Shown here one piece after another: positions 17,473 to 26,889 of a stretch of 34,715 nucleotides of DNA. The stretch is from the sequence record SRR2962707_983, one strand, 5' to 3'. Both the position numbers and the translations under genes were made by a program. Each line of letters begins with the position of its first letter. Position 1 is the stretch's first letter. Below the pieces are notes generated by a model, which was not told where the DNA came from, ran no database searches, and saw nothing but the letters and a program-made list of their open reading frames with translations.

Positions 17473-17941
17473 TGGCACCCTGCCCTGGTACCGCTACCCG
17501 TTGGTGTGGCTGGTTATTCTGATCCCGCTGTCCTCGGTGGTGGGCGGCATGGTCACCCTGACTCTGGCGATACGCCATGCCGACGCCACCGTGGCGGACG
17601 ACTGGTATCAACAGGGCAAGGCCATCAACCGTTCCATGGCCGACCTGGATCAGGCCCGCCGGCTTGGCCTCGAACTGCAACTGTACGCCGGTGAACCGGC
17701 CTCCCTGCAATTGACCAGCAAAGTGCCCATGCCCTGGCCTGAACGGCTGCAACTGGCGTTCCGCCACCCGACCTTCGCCGAGCGCGATATTGCCATGACG
17801 TTCATCCATCAGGGGGGTGGTCGTTATCGCGCCGACGGTGGCGCTCTGGCGGCGACCGATCACTGGGTGGTGACGGTGACGCCGGAACAGGGACATTGGC
17901 GATTGCGTCAGCGGCTGCGGCCACTACAGGGCGCGCCATGA
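17447..17941 (+). CDS. ccoH: FixH/CcoH family protein
   Basis: PWYRYPLVWLVI, DDWYQQGKAIN and HPT motifs. Lies between ccoG and ccoI. Start ATG 17447 after GGAGG. Confidence 0.9.
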   Translation: MNHASSLRDGTLPWYRYPLVWLVILIPLSSVVGGMVTLTLAIRHADATVADDWYQQGKAINRSMADLDQARRLGLELQLYAGEPASLQLTSKVPMPWPERLQLAFRHPTFAERDIAMTFIHQGGGRYRADGGALAATDHWVVTVTPEQGHWRLRQRLRPLQGAP

Positions 17942-20316
17942 GTACGGCCTGCTGGCACTGTGGCGAAGGGGTTGGTGTATCACCTTTCGTTGCCCGCACT
18001 CCGGGAGGGGAAAAACCCACCTGCTGTCCCGGCTGCGCCGCCGCCGTGGAGATGATTCATCGTCTCGGCCTGGAAGACTATTACGCTATCCGCAGCAATA
18101 ACGGGCCGCTGGTGGCCAGCGAGGAAACGGAGCGCACTCTGGCATTGTTCGATGTGCCCCAGTTGCTGGCCGCTCACATCCAGGAGCAGGACGGCCGGCG
18201 CCGCTTGCGGCTGCAAGTCTCCGGACTTACTTGCGCGGCGTGCTGCTGGCTGATTGAAAAAGTGGTGATGGGGCTGCCCGGCGCCCGTTCGGTTCAGGTC
18301 AATCTGGCCAGCATGCAATTGACCCTGGAATATGACGCCGCCGAGCCCTTATTTCCCCGCAATGCCGTGCGGCGCATTCTGGAATTGGGCTACCGGGTCG
18401 CCTTGCCGGGCGACCCCACCTGGGAGGGGCATCAGCAGAAAGAACGGCGTCGTCTGCTGGGTCGGTTGGCATTGGCCGGCCTGGGGGCGATGCAGGCCAT
18501 GATGTATTCCGCCGCCCTTTATATCGGTGTGTTCGAAGGCACGGATCGCATTTACCAGGACTTGTTCCGGCTGGCCGGCCTGCTGGTGGCCACACCGGTG
18601 GTGTTTTACTCCGGCTGGCCGTTTTTTCAGGGCGCCTGGCGGAGCCTGAAAGTGCGCCGCCCGACCATGGACGTGCCGGTGGCCCTGGCGTTGTTGCTGG
18701 CCTGGGGCGGTTCGCTGGTGGTAATGGCCAGTGGTGGTGAGCACGTTTACTTCGATTCCGCCGCCATGTTCGTGTTCTTCCTGCTGCTCAGCCGCTGGCT
18801 GGAACTGCATCAGCGTCAGCACATCCAGCGCTCCTGGCAGCAGTTGCAGGATACGTTGCCTCTGGTGGTGCGGCGGCTGGATGACGCCGGCGGCGGCGAC
18901 TGGGTGGCCACCGCCCAGCTGTGCGCCGGCGATACCGTGCGGGTCAGCCAGGGGGAAACCGTGCCGGTGGATGGTGTCATCCGCGCTGGAGAGGCTCGCT
19001 TTAACGAGGCGGCCCTGACCGGCGAATCCCTGCCGCGTACCCGTACCATCGGCGACACGGTGCAGGCCGGGTGCCGGATCCTGGAAGGTGGTGTGGATAT
19101 CGAGGCCGCGAGTGCCGCCGACAGTAGCCTGGTCGCGCGCATTGGCGAACAGGTGGCGCGCGCGCAGGAAGAACGAGTGACGGTGGTGCGGGACTGGCAA
19201 AGAGTGGCCCCTCTGTTCACCGCGACGGTGCTGGCATTGGCCATGGCCACCCTTGTGTTGCATTGGCATCGCGGCCCGGCACAGGCATTCGAGCACATGC
19301 TCGCCCTGCTGGTGGTGACCTGTCCTTGCGCCCTGGCTTTGGCGGTGCCGTTAACGCTCTCCGCCACGCTGGCCCGGGGGCTGAAGCTGGGCTTGCTGAT
19401 TGCTTCCCCCTCTCAGTTTTTATCCTTGCCGGGTATTCGCGGCGTCCTGTTCGACAAAACCGGCACTTTGACCACCGGCCGGTTCCAACGGGTGGAGTGG
19501 CGAGCCGCCGCCGACGTCGAATCGGAATGGCTCACCACCCTGCCCCGAATCGCAGCCGGGTTGGAGCGGGACCACCCGCACCCGCTGGCGCGCGCTTTCG
19601 ATGACCTCTCACCGGTGCCGATCGAGGATTTGCGTTTGAGCCCTGCCGGAGCCAGTGGCCGCTTCCAGGGCCACCAGTGGGCCATGGGCGGTGCGCCGGA
19701 GCTGAGCCGTGGCAGTGAGACTTGTCTGGCTCTCACCCGTGACGGCCGGACGCAGGCACTGTTCTGGTTGCGGGATCAACCGCGCGCGGAAGCCCCGGCG
19801 GTACTTGATCAACTGCGTCAACGGGGTTGGCGGCTGCGCATGGCCAGTGGTGACGCCGCGGAGCCAGTGGCCACGCTGGCTGAAGAACTGGGCATGGGCG
19901 AAGCCCGCTCGCGATTGACGCCCCATGACAAAGCCGCCTGGTTACAGAAGCTGGAACAACAGGAAGGACCGCAAATGATGGTGGGGGATGGCATCAACGA
20001 TGCTCCCGCACTGTTGCGGGCCACGGTCTCCGTGGCGCCGGCGGCGGCGTCCAGTCTGGCCCGCCGCGCCGCTGGCGTTTATCTGCTCAACGAAGGGCTG
20101 CAGGGGCTGGCCGATCTGCCCCGTCTGGCGGATCGCTGCCGGGCGGTGATCCGCCAGAACCTGACCTGGGCTCTCGGCTACAACCTGGTGGCGATTCCTC
20201 TGGCCATGGCTGGCTGGATCCCACCCTGGGCCGCGGCTCTGGGGATGTCAGCTTCGTCACTTCTGGTGACGCTCAATGCCAACAGGATAACCACATGGAA
20301 AGCCTCCTCTTGTTGA
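17938..20316 (+). CDS. ccoI: Copper-translocating P1B-type ATPase CcoI/FixI
   Basis: CWHC...CCPGC N-domain, CAAC metal-binding domain, TGES, CPC, DKTGT and GDGIND. Start ATG 17938 overlaps the ccoH stop. Confidence 0.95.
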   Translation: MSTACWHCGEGVGVSPFVARTPGGEKPTCCPGCAAAVEMIHRLGLEDYYAIRSNNGPLVASEETERTLALFDVPQLLAAHIQEQDGRRRLRLQVSGLTCAACCWLIEKVVMGLPGARSVQVNLASMQLTLEYDAAEPLFPRNAVRRILELGYRVALPGDPTWEGHQQKERRRLLGRLALAGLGAMQAMMYSAALYIGVFEGTDRIYQDLFRLAGLLVATPVVFYSGWPFFQGAWRSLKVRRPTMDVPVALALLLAWGGSLVVMASGGEHVYFDSAAMFVFFLLLSRWLELHQRQHIQRSWQQLQDTLPLVVRRLDDAGGGDWVATAQLCAGDTVRVSQGETVPVDGVIRAGEARFNEAALTGESLPRTRTIGDTVQAGCRILEGGVDIEAASAADSSLVARIGEQVARAQEERVTVVRDWQRVAPLFTATVLALAMATLVLHWHRGPAQAFEHMLALLVVTCPCALALAVPLTLSATLARGLKLGLLIASPSQFLSLPGIRGVLFDKTGTLTTGRFQRVEWRAAADVESEWLTTLPRIAAGLERDHPHPLARAFDDLSPVPIEDLRLSPAGASGRFQGHQWAMGGAPELSRGSETCLALTRDGRTQALFWLRDQPRAEAPAVLDQLRQRGWRLRMASGDAAEPVATLAEELGMGEARSRLTPHDKAAWLQKLEQQEGPQMMVGDGINDAPALLRATVSVAPAAASSLARRAAGVYLLNEGLQGLADLPRLADRCRAVIRQNLTWALGYNLVAIPLAMAGWIPPWAAALGMSASSLLVTLNANRITTWKASSC

Positions 20317-20477
20317 TTCCGGTGGCCTTGCTGTTCCTCGCCGTAGCGGTGTGGGCGCTGTTCAAGGCTTTACGCCAGGGCCAGTTCGAGGACCTGGATC
20401 ATGCCGCCTGGACGGTGATTTTCGAAGACCGGGAACAGCGCCGTAATGCTGGCAAGGGGGTGGGTGATGATCGTTGA
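20295..20477 (+). CDS. ccoS: cbb3 oxidase maturation protein CcoS
   Basis: MESLLLLIPVAL...GQFEDLD signature. Confidence 0.93.
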   Translation: MESLLLLIPVALLFLAVAVWALFKALRQGQFEDLDHAAWTVIFEDREQRRNAGKGVGDDR

Positions 20478-21177
20478 CCCGCTTACCGTGGCGTTGACCG
20501 GCGCTCTCGCCCTCGGTGTCGGCGGGGCCCTTCACTGCGCGGGAATGTGCGGCGGCATCGCCGCCGCCCTGAGTTTCTCGATCCCCGAAGAACGACGGCG
20601 TGGCAGCAGGCTGATCGCCTGGCAGAGCTTGTTTGGCAGCGGCCGCCTGTTGAGTTACGCCGGCCTGGGCGCGATCGCCGGGGAGCTGGGCGGGCAATTG
20701 GCCAGTGGCCCGGCAGGCGACGGCTGGCACTGGCCAGCGTTACTGTCAGCGCTCCTGATGGTTTTGCTGACCGCTCATTTCCTCGGCCACAGTGCGCCGA
20801 TCCGGGCTCTGGAGCGTCTCGGGGCCGGACTGTGGCGGCGGCTGTCCCCGTTGACTCGCCGTTTGATGCCGGTGGACCACCCGCTCAAGGCGCTGGCGCT
20901 GGGCGGGCTGTGGGGGTTCTTGCCCTGTGGACTGCTTTATTCCGCCCTGGTGCTGGCCGCCGGAACCGGTGAATGGGCTGACGGTGCCCTGGTCATGGGC
21001 ATGTTCGGCGCCACTACCCTGCTGCCGGTGGGGGCCGCCGGTGTACTCGGCGGGCAACTGTCGCGGTTGCGGCGGGGGCCCGCCCGATATGTGGCGGCGG
21101 CGATGACGCTGGCGCTGGCGCTGGTGTTTCTTCAACACGGGCTGCCCGGAGATGTCCATGCTCATCACTATCCTTGA
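20467..21177 (+). CDS. DsbD_2 / TauE-SafE-like membrane protein usually found after ccoS
   Basis: HCAGMCGG and GFLPCGLLYSAL motifs with multiple TM segments. Confidence 0.88.
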   Translation: MIVDPLTVALTGALALGVGGALHCAGMCGGIAAALSFSIPEERRRGSRLIAWQSLFGSGRLLSYAGLGAIAGELGGQLASGPAGDGWHWPALLSALLMVLLTAHFLGHSAPIRALERLGAGLWRRLSPLTRRLMPVDHPLKALALGGLWGFLPCGLLYSALVLAAGTGEWADGALVMGMFGATTLLPVGAAGVLGGQLSRLRRGPARYVAAAMTLALALVFLQHGLPGDVHAHHYP

Positions 21178-21187
21178 TCTGCATCAA
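21174..21187. promoter_or_regulatory. FNR/ANR box of the hemN promoter
   Basis: Perfect TTGAT-CTGC-ATCAA, extending to CCTTGAT...ATCAAGG. A TGgCATGAT extended -10-like element lies at 21206-21214. Confidence 0.92.
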
Positions 21188-21241
21188 GGTCGGCTGTGTT
21201 CATAGTGGCATGATGCCGCCATTCCCCTTTGGAGCGCTGAC

Positions 21242-22615
21242 ATGACGCAATGGAATCCGGATCTGATCCGCCGATTCGGAGGTCCCGGGCCTCGCTACAC
21301 GTCCTACCCACCGGCCACCCAGTTCCATGAGGAAGTCGGCGAGGAGGACTATCGGCGCGCCGTTGCTCGCGGCAATCAGGCCCGTCGCCCACTGTCGCTG
21401 TACTGTCACATCCCATTCTGCGCCACGGTGTGTTACTACTGCGCCTGCAACCGCATCATCACCGGCAACCGGGCCAAGGCCGAGGATTATCTGACCTTCC
21501 TGAAGCAGGAGATCAAAGCCAAGGCGGCGCTGGTGGACCCGCAGCGGCCCGTGGTGCAGATGCACTGGGGCGGTGGCACCCCCACCTACCTCAGCGATGC
21601 GCAGATGACCGAGCTGGTTTATGACCTGGCCCGTCATTTCAACCTGCTGGAAGAGGATCGCGGCGAGTACGCCATCGAAGTGGACCCGCGCACGGTGGAT
21701 CGCGCCCGTCTGGGGCTGCTGCGGGGGCTGGGTTTCAACCGGCTCAGTATCGGTATTCAGGATCTGGATCCGGTGGTGCAGAAGGCGGTGAATCGGGAAC
21801 AATCCCTTGAGCTGATCACCGAAGTATTCGACGCGGCCCGGGATTTCGGTTTCCACTCCATCAACGCCGACATGATTTACGGCTTGCCCTGGCAGTCTTC
21901 CTCCAGCCTGGCTCGCTCCCTGGAACAATTGCTGGCTTTACGCCCGGAGCGCATTTCCCTTTACAACTACGCCCACATGCCGGCGCGCTTCAAGGTGCAG
22001 CGGCAGATCCAGGAAACCGCGCTGCCCAGCCCGGAGGAAAAACTCGCCATGCTGAAACTGGCGGGCGAAACCCTGGAGGCGGCCGGCTATGTGCTGATCG
22101 GCATGGATCATTTTGCCCTGCCGGATGATCCCATGGCGGTAGCGCAGCGCAACGGCACCCTGCACCGCAATTTTCAAGGCTACTCGCTACATGGCGACGC
22201 CGATCTTCTGGGCATGGGGGTCAGCGCGATCAGCGCTTTTGATGATTTCTACGCACAGAACCTCAAGGTTCTGAGCAACTGGCAGGAAGCCGTGCAAGCG
22301 GGTCGCATGCCGATTGAACGCGGCTTCCTGCTTGACTGGGATGACCGCCTGCGCCGTGACGTGATCATGGGGCTGCTGTGCGACCTGCGGCTGGATCTGG
22401 TCGCCTTCCGGCAGCGTTGGGAAGTGGATTTCGCCGATTACTTCAAGGACCAGCTGGCCGCGCTGGGTGAATTCGAAAAACTGGGGCTGATTGATATGAA
22501 CGGCCCCGTGTTGAAGGTCACTGACACCGGGCGCCTGGTGGTGCGCGCTCTGGTGATGTTGTTCGACCGCTATGCCGGCACCCCGAACCCACAGCGATTC
22601 AGTCGCATTATTTAG
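21242..22615 (+). CDS. hemN: Oxygen-independent coproporphyrinogen III oxidase
   Basis: GPRYTSYPPA, radical SAM CATVCYYC, HWGGGTP, IGMDHFA and LHRNFQGY. Confidence 0.98.
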   Translation: MTQWNPDLIRRFGGPGPRYTSYPPATQFHEEVGEEDYRRAVARGNQARRPLSLYCHIPFCATVCYYCACNRIITGNRAKAEDYLTFLKQEIKAKAALVDPQRPVVQMHWGGGTPTYLSDAQMTELVYDLARHFNLLEEDRGEYAIEVDPRTVDRARLGLLRGLGFNRLSIGIQDLDPVVQKAVNREQSLELITEVFDAARDFGFHSINADMIYGLPWQSSSSLARSLEQLLALRPERISLYNYAHMPARFKVQRQIQETALPSPEEKLAMLKLAGETLEAAGYVLIGMDHFALPDDPMAVAQRNGTLHRNFQGYSLHGDADLLGMGVSAISAFDDFYAQNLKVLSNWQEAVQAGRMPIERGFLLDWDDRLRRDVIMGLLCDLRLDLVAFRQRWEVDFADYFKDQLAALGEFEKLGLIDMNGPVLKVTDTGRLVVRALVMLFDRYAGTPNPQRFSRII

Positions 22616-22643
22616 CTCGCCGTTACCGATCCGGGAGACCATA

Positions 22644-23411
22644 ATGTCTCAAGCCGTAATTGCAATACGCAGTGTATCCAATATGGAGGTACGCAGCATG
22701 CCTCGTCACGTTTCATGCAACGACTGTAGTCTCAGCCCCATTTGCCTGCCGTTGGCGGTGGCGCCTTCCCAGCTCGACGAACTGGATGGCATCATCCGCC
22801 GTGGCCGCCCGCTGAAGCGCGGAGAGCACCTGTTTCGTGCCGCCGCCCCGTTCAGCGCCGTTTATGCCGTGCGCTCCGGCGCACTGAAGACCTATGTCCT
22901 CTCCGATGAGGGGGAAGAACAGGTTACCGGGTTTTACCTGCCAGGCGAGATCATCGGCATGGACGGCATCAGTACCGCGCACCATGTTTCCAATGCCAAG
23001 GCGCTGGAAACCGCTACCGTGTGCGAGATCCCCTTCCATCGCCTGGAAGATCTGTCCCAACGCATCCCCTCCTTGCAGCATCACTTCTTCTCGCTGATGA
23101 GCAACGAGATCCGCGCCGACCGCGAACTGCACATGCTGTTGAGCAAGAAGAGCGCGGATGACAGAGTGGCCTCTCTACTGTTATCCCTGGCCGCGCGTCA
23201 GCAGCGCCGGGGTTTGAGCAGCCGCCGCTTCCGCCTGCCCATGTCCCGCTATGACATCGCCAATTATCTGGGACTGGCGGTGGAAACGGTTAGCCGCATT
23301 TTCACCCGTTTTCAGCAGCAGGATATGCTGCTGGTGGACGGCAGGGATGTGGAAATCGTCGACCGTGAGGCGCTTTGCGGTGGCGGCAGACTACATGTGG
23401 AGGCACCATGA
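22644..23411 (+). CDS. fnr: FNR/ANR oxygen-sensing transcriptional regulator
   Basis: CNDCSLSPIC (Cx2Cx5C) plus the central Cys in VCEIP, and HTH DIANYLGLAVETVSR. An alternative start is ATG 22698 after GGAGG. Confidence 0.95.
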   Translation: MSQAVIAIRSVSNMEVRSMPRHVSCNDCSLSPICLPLAVAPSQLDELDGIIRRGRPLKRGEHLFRAAAPFSAVYAVRSGALKTYVLSDEGEEQVTGFYLPGEIIGMDGISTAHHVSNAKALETATVCEIPFHRLEDLSQRIPSLQHHFFSLMSNEIRADRELHMLLSKKSADDRVASLLLSLAARQQRRGLSSRRFRLPMSRYDIANYLGLAVETVSRIFTRFQQQDMLLVDGRDVEIVDREALCGGGRLHVEAP

Positions 23412-24325
23412 CTATTCCGACCAATGGCATTCTCGTCGTCCTGGACCGGCACCTGAAGGCCCCGCAGCCGGCGCTGAAGAAAGGCCGGTTGCTGGCCGCG
23501 GCGCTGAGCTGCCCGCTAGTGGTGGCCGTCAATAGTGATTCGTCGGCCATGCGTCGCGCGGTGGGGCTTGACCAGAAGCGCCGCCAAGCAGCCGAACAGC
23601 AAATTCGCAATGCCTGGGAACGGCGCATTCAGGACTTGCTGGCGGGTACCGAGGCCACCGTGCATATCACCACGCACAAGGATCAGGATGAGGACCTGCG
23701 GCAGACGGTCATTGCCGCCAGACCACGTCTGGTGGTGGTACATACCAGTGAGGAAGGCACCCTGAGGCGCCACCTGTTTACGCCGCGGGACTGGTTGTTG
23801 ATTCGTCGGGCACCCTGCCCCGTGCTTTGCGTGCAGGACCGTCCCTGGAGTGAAACACCTGTGTTTACCGCGGCGATCGAACCGGAGGAAGAGGACGAGA
23901 GCGGCCTGGACAGTGCCGTGCTGAGCGCGGCGCGGGAATGGTCGGCGCCGCTGCAGGCATCACTCAACGCCGTGCATGTGCTCGAGCACCCGGACGAAAC
24001 GTTGTTGTTGGTGGCGGGCGAAGCGTTGCCGGAGTACGCCGCCAGCGCCGAGAGCATTCGCAAAAGCCACCGCGAAGCTCTGGACCGTTTCGCCGAGCGC
24101 CACGATCTACCGCTGGAACGCACGGAAATGTTGGAAGGACCGATCGCCGGCACCCTGGCTGACTACTGTGAAAATAACGGCACAGATGTACTGGTGGTGG
24201 GGACGGTTCGCCGCAACAAAGTGGAACGCCTGCTGCTGGGCGCCACCGCCGAGTCCCTGCTGGTGCATGCCCGCAACGACGTTCTGGTGATCAAACCGGA
24301 CGGTTTTGACGCCGATTGGCAGTAA
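23408..24325 (+). CDS. uspE: Universal stress protein, tandem Usp domains (UspE-like)
   Basis: FTPRDWLLIRRAPCPVL, VVGTVRR...LLGATAE and DVLVIKP. ATGA overlap with fnr; fnr-uspE adjacency is conserved in gammaproteobacteria. Confidence 0.85.
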   Translation: MTIPTNGILVVLDRHLKAPQPALKKGRLLAAALSCPLVVAVNSDSSAMRRAVGLDQKRRQAAEQQIRNAWERRIQDLLAGTEATVHITTHKDQDEDLRQTVIAARPRLVVVHTSEEGTLRRHLFTPRDWLLIRRAPCPVLCVQDRPWSETPVFTAAIEPEEEDESGLDSAVLSAAREWSAPLQASLNAVHVLEHPDETLLLVAGEALPEYAASAESIRKSHREALDRFAERHDLPLERTEMLEGPIAGTLADYCENNGTDVLVVGTVRRNKVERLLLGATAESLLVHARNDVLVIKPDGFDADWQ

Positions 24326-24354
24326 GTCGCGGTCGGTGCTAAGAGGCCACTGTC

Positions 24355-24409
24355 GTGGGAGCCTGCCCTGCAGGCGAATTCAAAGTTCGCTTGCAAGGCA
24401 AGCTCCTAC
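24355..24409. repeat. REP doublet (REPIN-like) of GTAG/GTGG-family repetitive extragenic palindromes
   Basis: GTGGGAGCCTGCCCTGCAGGCGAA (24355-24378, +) and GTAGGAGCTTGCCTTGCAAGCGAA (24409-24386, -) are inverted with a 7-nt spacer between convergent genes. Confidence 0.85.
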
Positions 24410-24454
24410 AGTGGCGGTGTGGCGACCCGGGAAATCATGCCTCCAAAGACTCTG

Positions 24455-25234
24455 TCAACCCCTCTGCTCCGCTCTTCGGAACACCGGTTTGGTGTCCGTG
24501 GAAGACGCTTTGTCATAGCGATACCCCGCCTCCTTGAATCGCTTCAGATCCTCCGGCTTTTCAATCCCTTCGCGCAATATCCAGGCCGCCATCAGGCCGC
24601 GGGCTTTCTTGGCGTAGAAGCTGATAACTTTGTACTTACCGTTCTTTTCGTCCTGAAAGACCGGTTCGATGACCGGGCCCGGCAGCAGTTTGGTGCGCAC
24701 GGATTTGAAGTATTCATTGGAGGCAAGGTTCACCAGTACGTCGGTGCCCACGGCGCGCATATCCTTGATCAACTGGCGGGTGATGCGGTCATCCCAGAAC
24801 GCGTACAAATCCTTGCCGGCGGACGTATCCAGCCTGGTGCCCATTTCCAGACGATACGGTTGCATCAGATCCAGTGGGCGCAAAACCCCGTAAAGGCCGC
24901 TCAGCATGCGTAAACGATGCTGTGCGGCGGCGAGATCGTCCTTGCTGAAACGGCTGACATCCAATCCGGTGTAAACATCCCCTTTGAAGGCAAAGAGGGC
25001 CGGACGGGCATTGTCCTTGTTGAAGGGGCGTTGCCACAGAGCGAAGCGCTCGACGTTGAGATGGGCGATCTTGTCACTCACCCCCATCAGGCTGGACAGA
25101 TCCGCCGGCGACAGTTTGCGGGCTCGTTGCACCAATGTTTCACTGTCATCCAACATGCGCGGTTGAGTGGCGCGCAGCGCCGGCAACGGTGACTCGTAAT
25201 CCAGGGTCTTGGCCGGCGAGACCACTATCAGCAT
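24455..25234 (-). CDS. yaaA: Peroxide stress resistance protein YaaA
   Basis: MLIVVSPAKTLDY, FKGDVYTGL, LSGLYGVLRPLDLMQPYRLEMGT, NLASNEY and ISFYAKKARG. Start ATG 25234 after GGAGG. Confidence 0.96.
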   Translation of the reverse strand: MLIVVSPAKTLDYESPLPALRATQPRMLDDSETLVQRARKLSPADLSSLMGVSDKIAHLNVERFALWQRPFNKDNARPALFAFKGDVYTGLDVSRFSKDDLAAAQHRLRMLSGLYGVLRPLDLMQPYRLEMGTRLDTSAGKDLYAFWDDRITRQLIKDMRAVGTDVLVNLASNEYFKSVRTKLLPGPVIEPVFQDEKNGKYKVISFYAKKARGLMAAWILREGIEKPEDLKRFKEAGYRYDKASSTDTKPVFRRAEQRG

Positions 25235-25334
25235 GGGTTTTCCTCCGTGGCATGAAATCGCGAATACCGCCATCATAATAGTCTGGCAACCGCCATGCCG
25301 GGGCAGCGCGATGGCGGCTCATGACTAAGCGGCC

Positions 25335-25382
25335 ATAGATGGTAGCGCAAGCGGCCATAGTTTGGACCACTAAACGGCATAG
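25335..25382. promoter_or_regulatory. Putative OxyR-type binding site upstream of yaaA
   Basis: ATAG at 25335, 25357 and 25379 (22-bp period). The first two match ATAGntnnnan. The CTAT counterparts are degenerate. Confidence 0.45.
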
Positions 25383-25457
25383 GCAGAGCCGGTTCCCATT
25401 CCGATGATGCTGGTACCGTGGCGTCGTCGGGGAAACCAAAACAGAAGGATAAAGAGC

Positions 25458-25934
25458 ATGCGGTATTTATTGGTTCTGGCGGTGGTTACCGCAGTGGTGG
25501 TGTTGCTGTGGGGCAGCTGGCAGGCCGGGCGGCGCCCCTTCTATCTGGTGCTCGCCGGGGTCGGCGTGGCCAGCGCCGTGATGCTGATGTCCTTTCTGTT
25601 CACCGACCAGGAACGCCTGGTGCCCGGTGATCCCGCTTCGGTCACCGTTACCGTCACCGGTGTCAGTCAGATGGAGACCGGGGTGCGGGTGAGTGGTGAG
25701 ATCAGCAACCGGGGAGAGCATGCCATCGCCCATGTGCTGCTGGATACGGTCGCCCTCTCCTGTCCGCCGGCGAAAGCCTGCGAGACATTGCATGAAGAGC
25801 GGATTCCGGTATCCATTCATGTGCCCGCCGGCGGCCGTTATCCGGTGGCGGTGGTGGCCGACCGCGATCGCGGCATGCGGACGCCGGACCGCTGGGAATT
25901 GCGAGTCCGGGAAGTACAAGTGTACGGCGAATAG
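25458..25934 (+). CDS. Hypothetical membrane protein (2 TM helices plus a probable periplasmic beta-rich domain)
   Basis: AAGGA upstream of ATG 25458, two hydrophobic segments, then VRVSGEISNRG and CPPAKAC. GC-rich third codon positions. Confidence 0.7.
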   Translation: MRYLLVLAVVTAVVVLLWGSWQAGRRPFYLVLAGVGVASAVMLMSFLFTDQERLVPGDPASVTVTVTGVSQMETGVRVSGEISNRGEHAIAHVLLDTVALSCPPAKACETLHEERIPVSIHVPAGGRYPVAVVADRDRGMRTPDRWELRVREVQVYGE

Positions 25935-26015
25935 GCACCGCCGCCGTCATACCGGGGGGGTTTGCAAGCTGGGACTAAATGGTCACAATGCGCTTCCCGA
26001 ACCAATGGAGTTACC

Positions 26016-26855
26016 ATGGCGGCGCTGATTCCCGGCCAGCCCACGGCCATCGCTACCAATGCCTGGCGTGTGCTGGGCCGTAACCCCGGCATGATGACCG
26101 GCCCCGGCACCAACAGCTATCTGGTGGGCGGCCGCGCCCTGACGGTGATTGATCCCGGCCCCACCGACCCGGAGCATACCCAGGCTCTGCTGGCCGCGGC
26201 CGAGGGACTGGGGCGTCCGATCGAACGCATCATCGTCACCCATACCCATCGCGATCACTCCCCCGGAGCTCATGATCTGGCCGCCGCCACCGGCGCCGTA
26301 TTGGAAGGCCCCTGGGTCCCGGACGACGGCTTGCAGGACACCACGTGGGAACCGGAACGCGAGCTCAAGGACGGTGACACCGTGGACTGCGGCGGCCTGA
26401 CCCTGGAGGTGATCGCCACGCCCGGTCACGTGGGCAACCACCTGTGTTATCTGCTGAAGGAAGAGGCGCTGCTGTTCACCGGCGATCATCTGATTCAGGG
26501 GTCCACCGTGGTGATAGCCCCGCCTTCGGGCTCCATGAGTGCCTATCTGTCTTCCTTGGACAAGCTGCGGCAATGGGACATCAAACGCATGGCTCCCGGG
26601 CATGGCGACGTCATCGACGAGCCGCTGGCGCTGGTGGACCACACCATCAAGCACCGGCTGGAGCGGGAAAAGAAAGTCTTCGCCGCCCTCACCGGTGACG
26701 CCACCAGCGTGCCGGACCTGGTGAAACGGGTTTACGACGATGTGCCTGAATTTCTGCACGGTGTGGCGTGCCTGTCGCTTGAGGCGCATCTGATCAAGTT
26801 GCACGAAGATGGCCGCGCCCATCGCCAGGATGATCTCTGGCGCCTGCCTTCCTGA
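26016..26855 (+). CDS. MBL-fold metallo-hydrolase (LACTB2-like)
   Basis: NPGMMTGPGTNSY, IDPGP, THTHRDH, TPGH, FTGDH and PGHG. Confidence 0.92.
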   Translation: MAALIPGQPTAIATNAWRVLGRNPGMMTGPGTNSYLVGGRALTVIDPGPTDPEHTQALLAAAEGLGRPIERIIVTHTHRDHSPGAHDLAAATGAVLEGPWVPDDGLQDTTWEPERELKDGDTVDCGGLTLEVIATPGHVGNHLCYLLKEEALLFTGDHLIQGSTVVIAPPSGSMSAYLSSLDKLRQWDIKRMAPGHGDVIDEPLALVDHTIKHRLEREKKVFAALTGDATSVPDLVKRVYDDVPEFLHGVACLSLEAHLIKLHEDGRAHRQDDLWRLPS

Positions 26856-26889
26856 GACGCGGTCCATTGTGGGCGTACCAACAGTGCGC

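Noticed and set aside
25327-25382. Repeats as a mini-CRISPR array
   Set aside because: Repeat units of about 12 bp and spacers of about 10 bp are far too short, and there are no cas genes.
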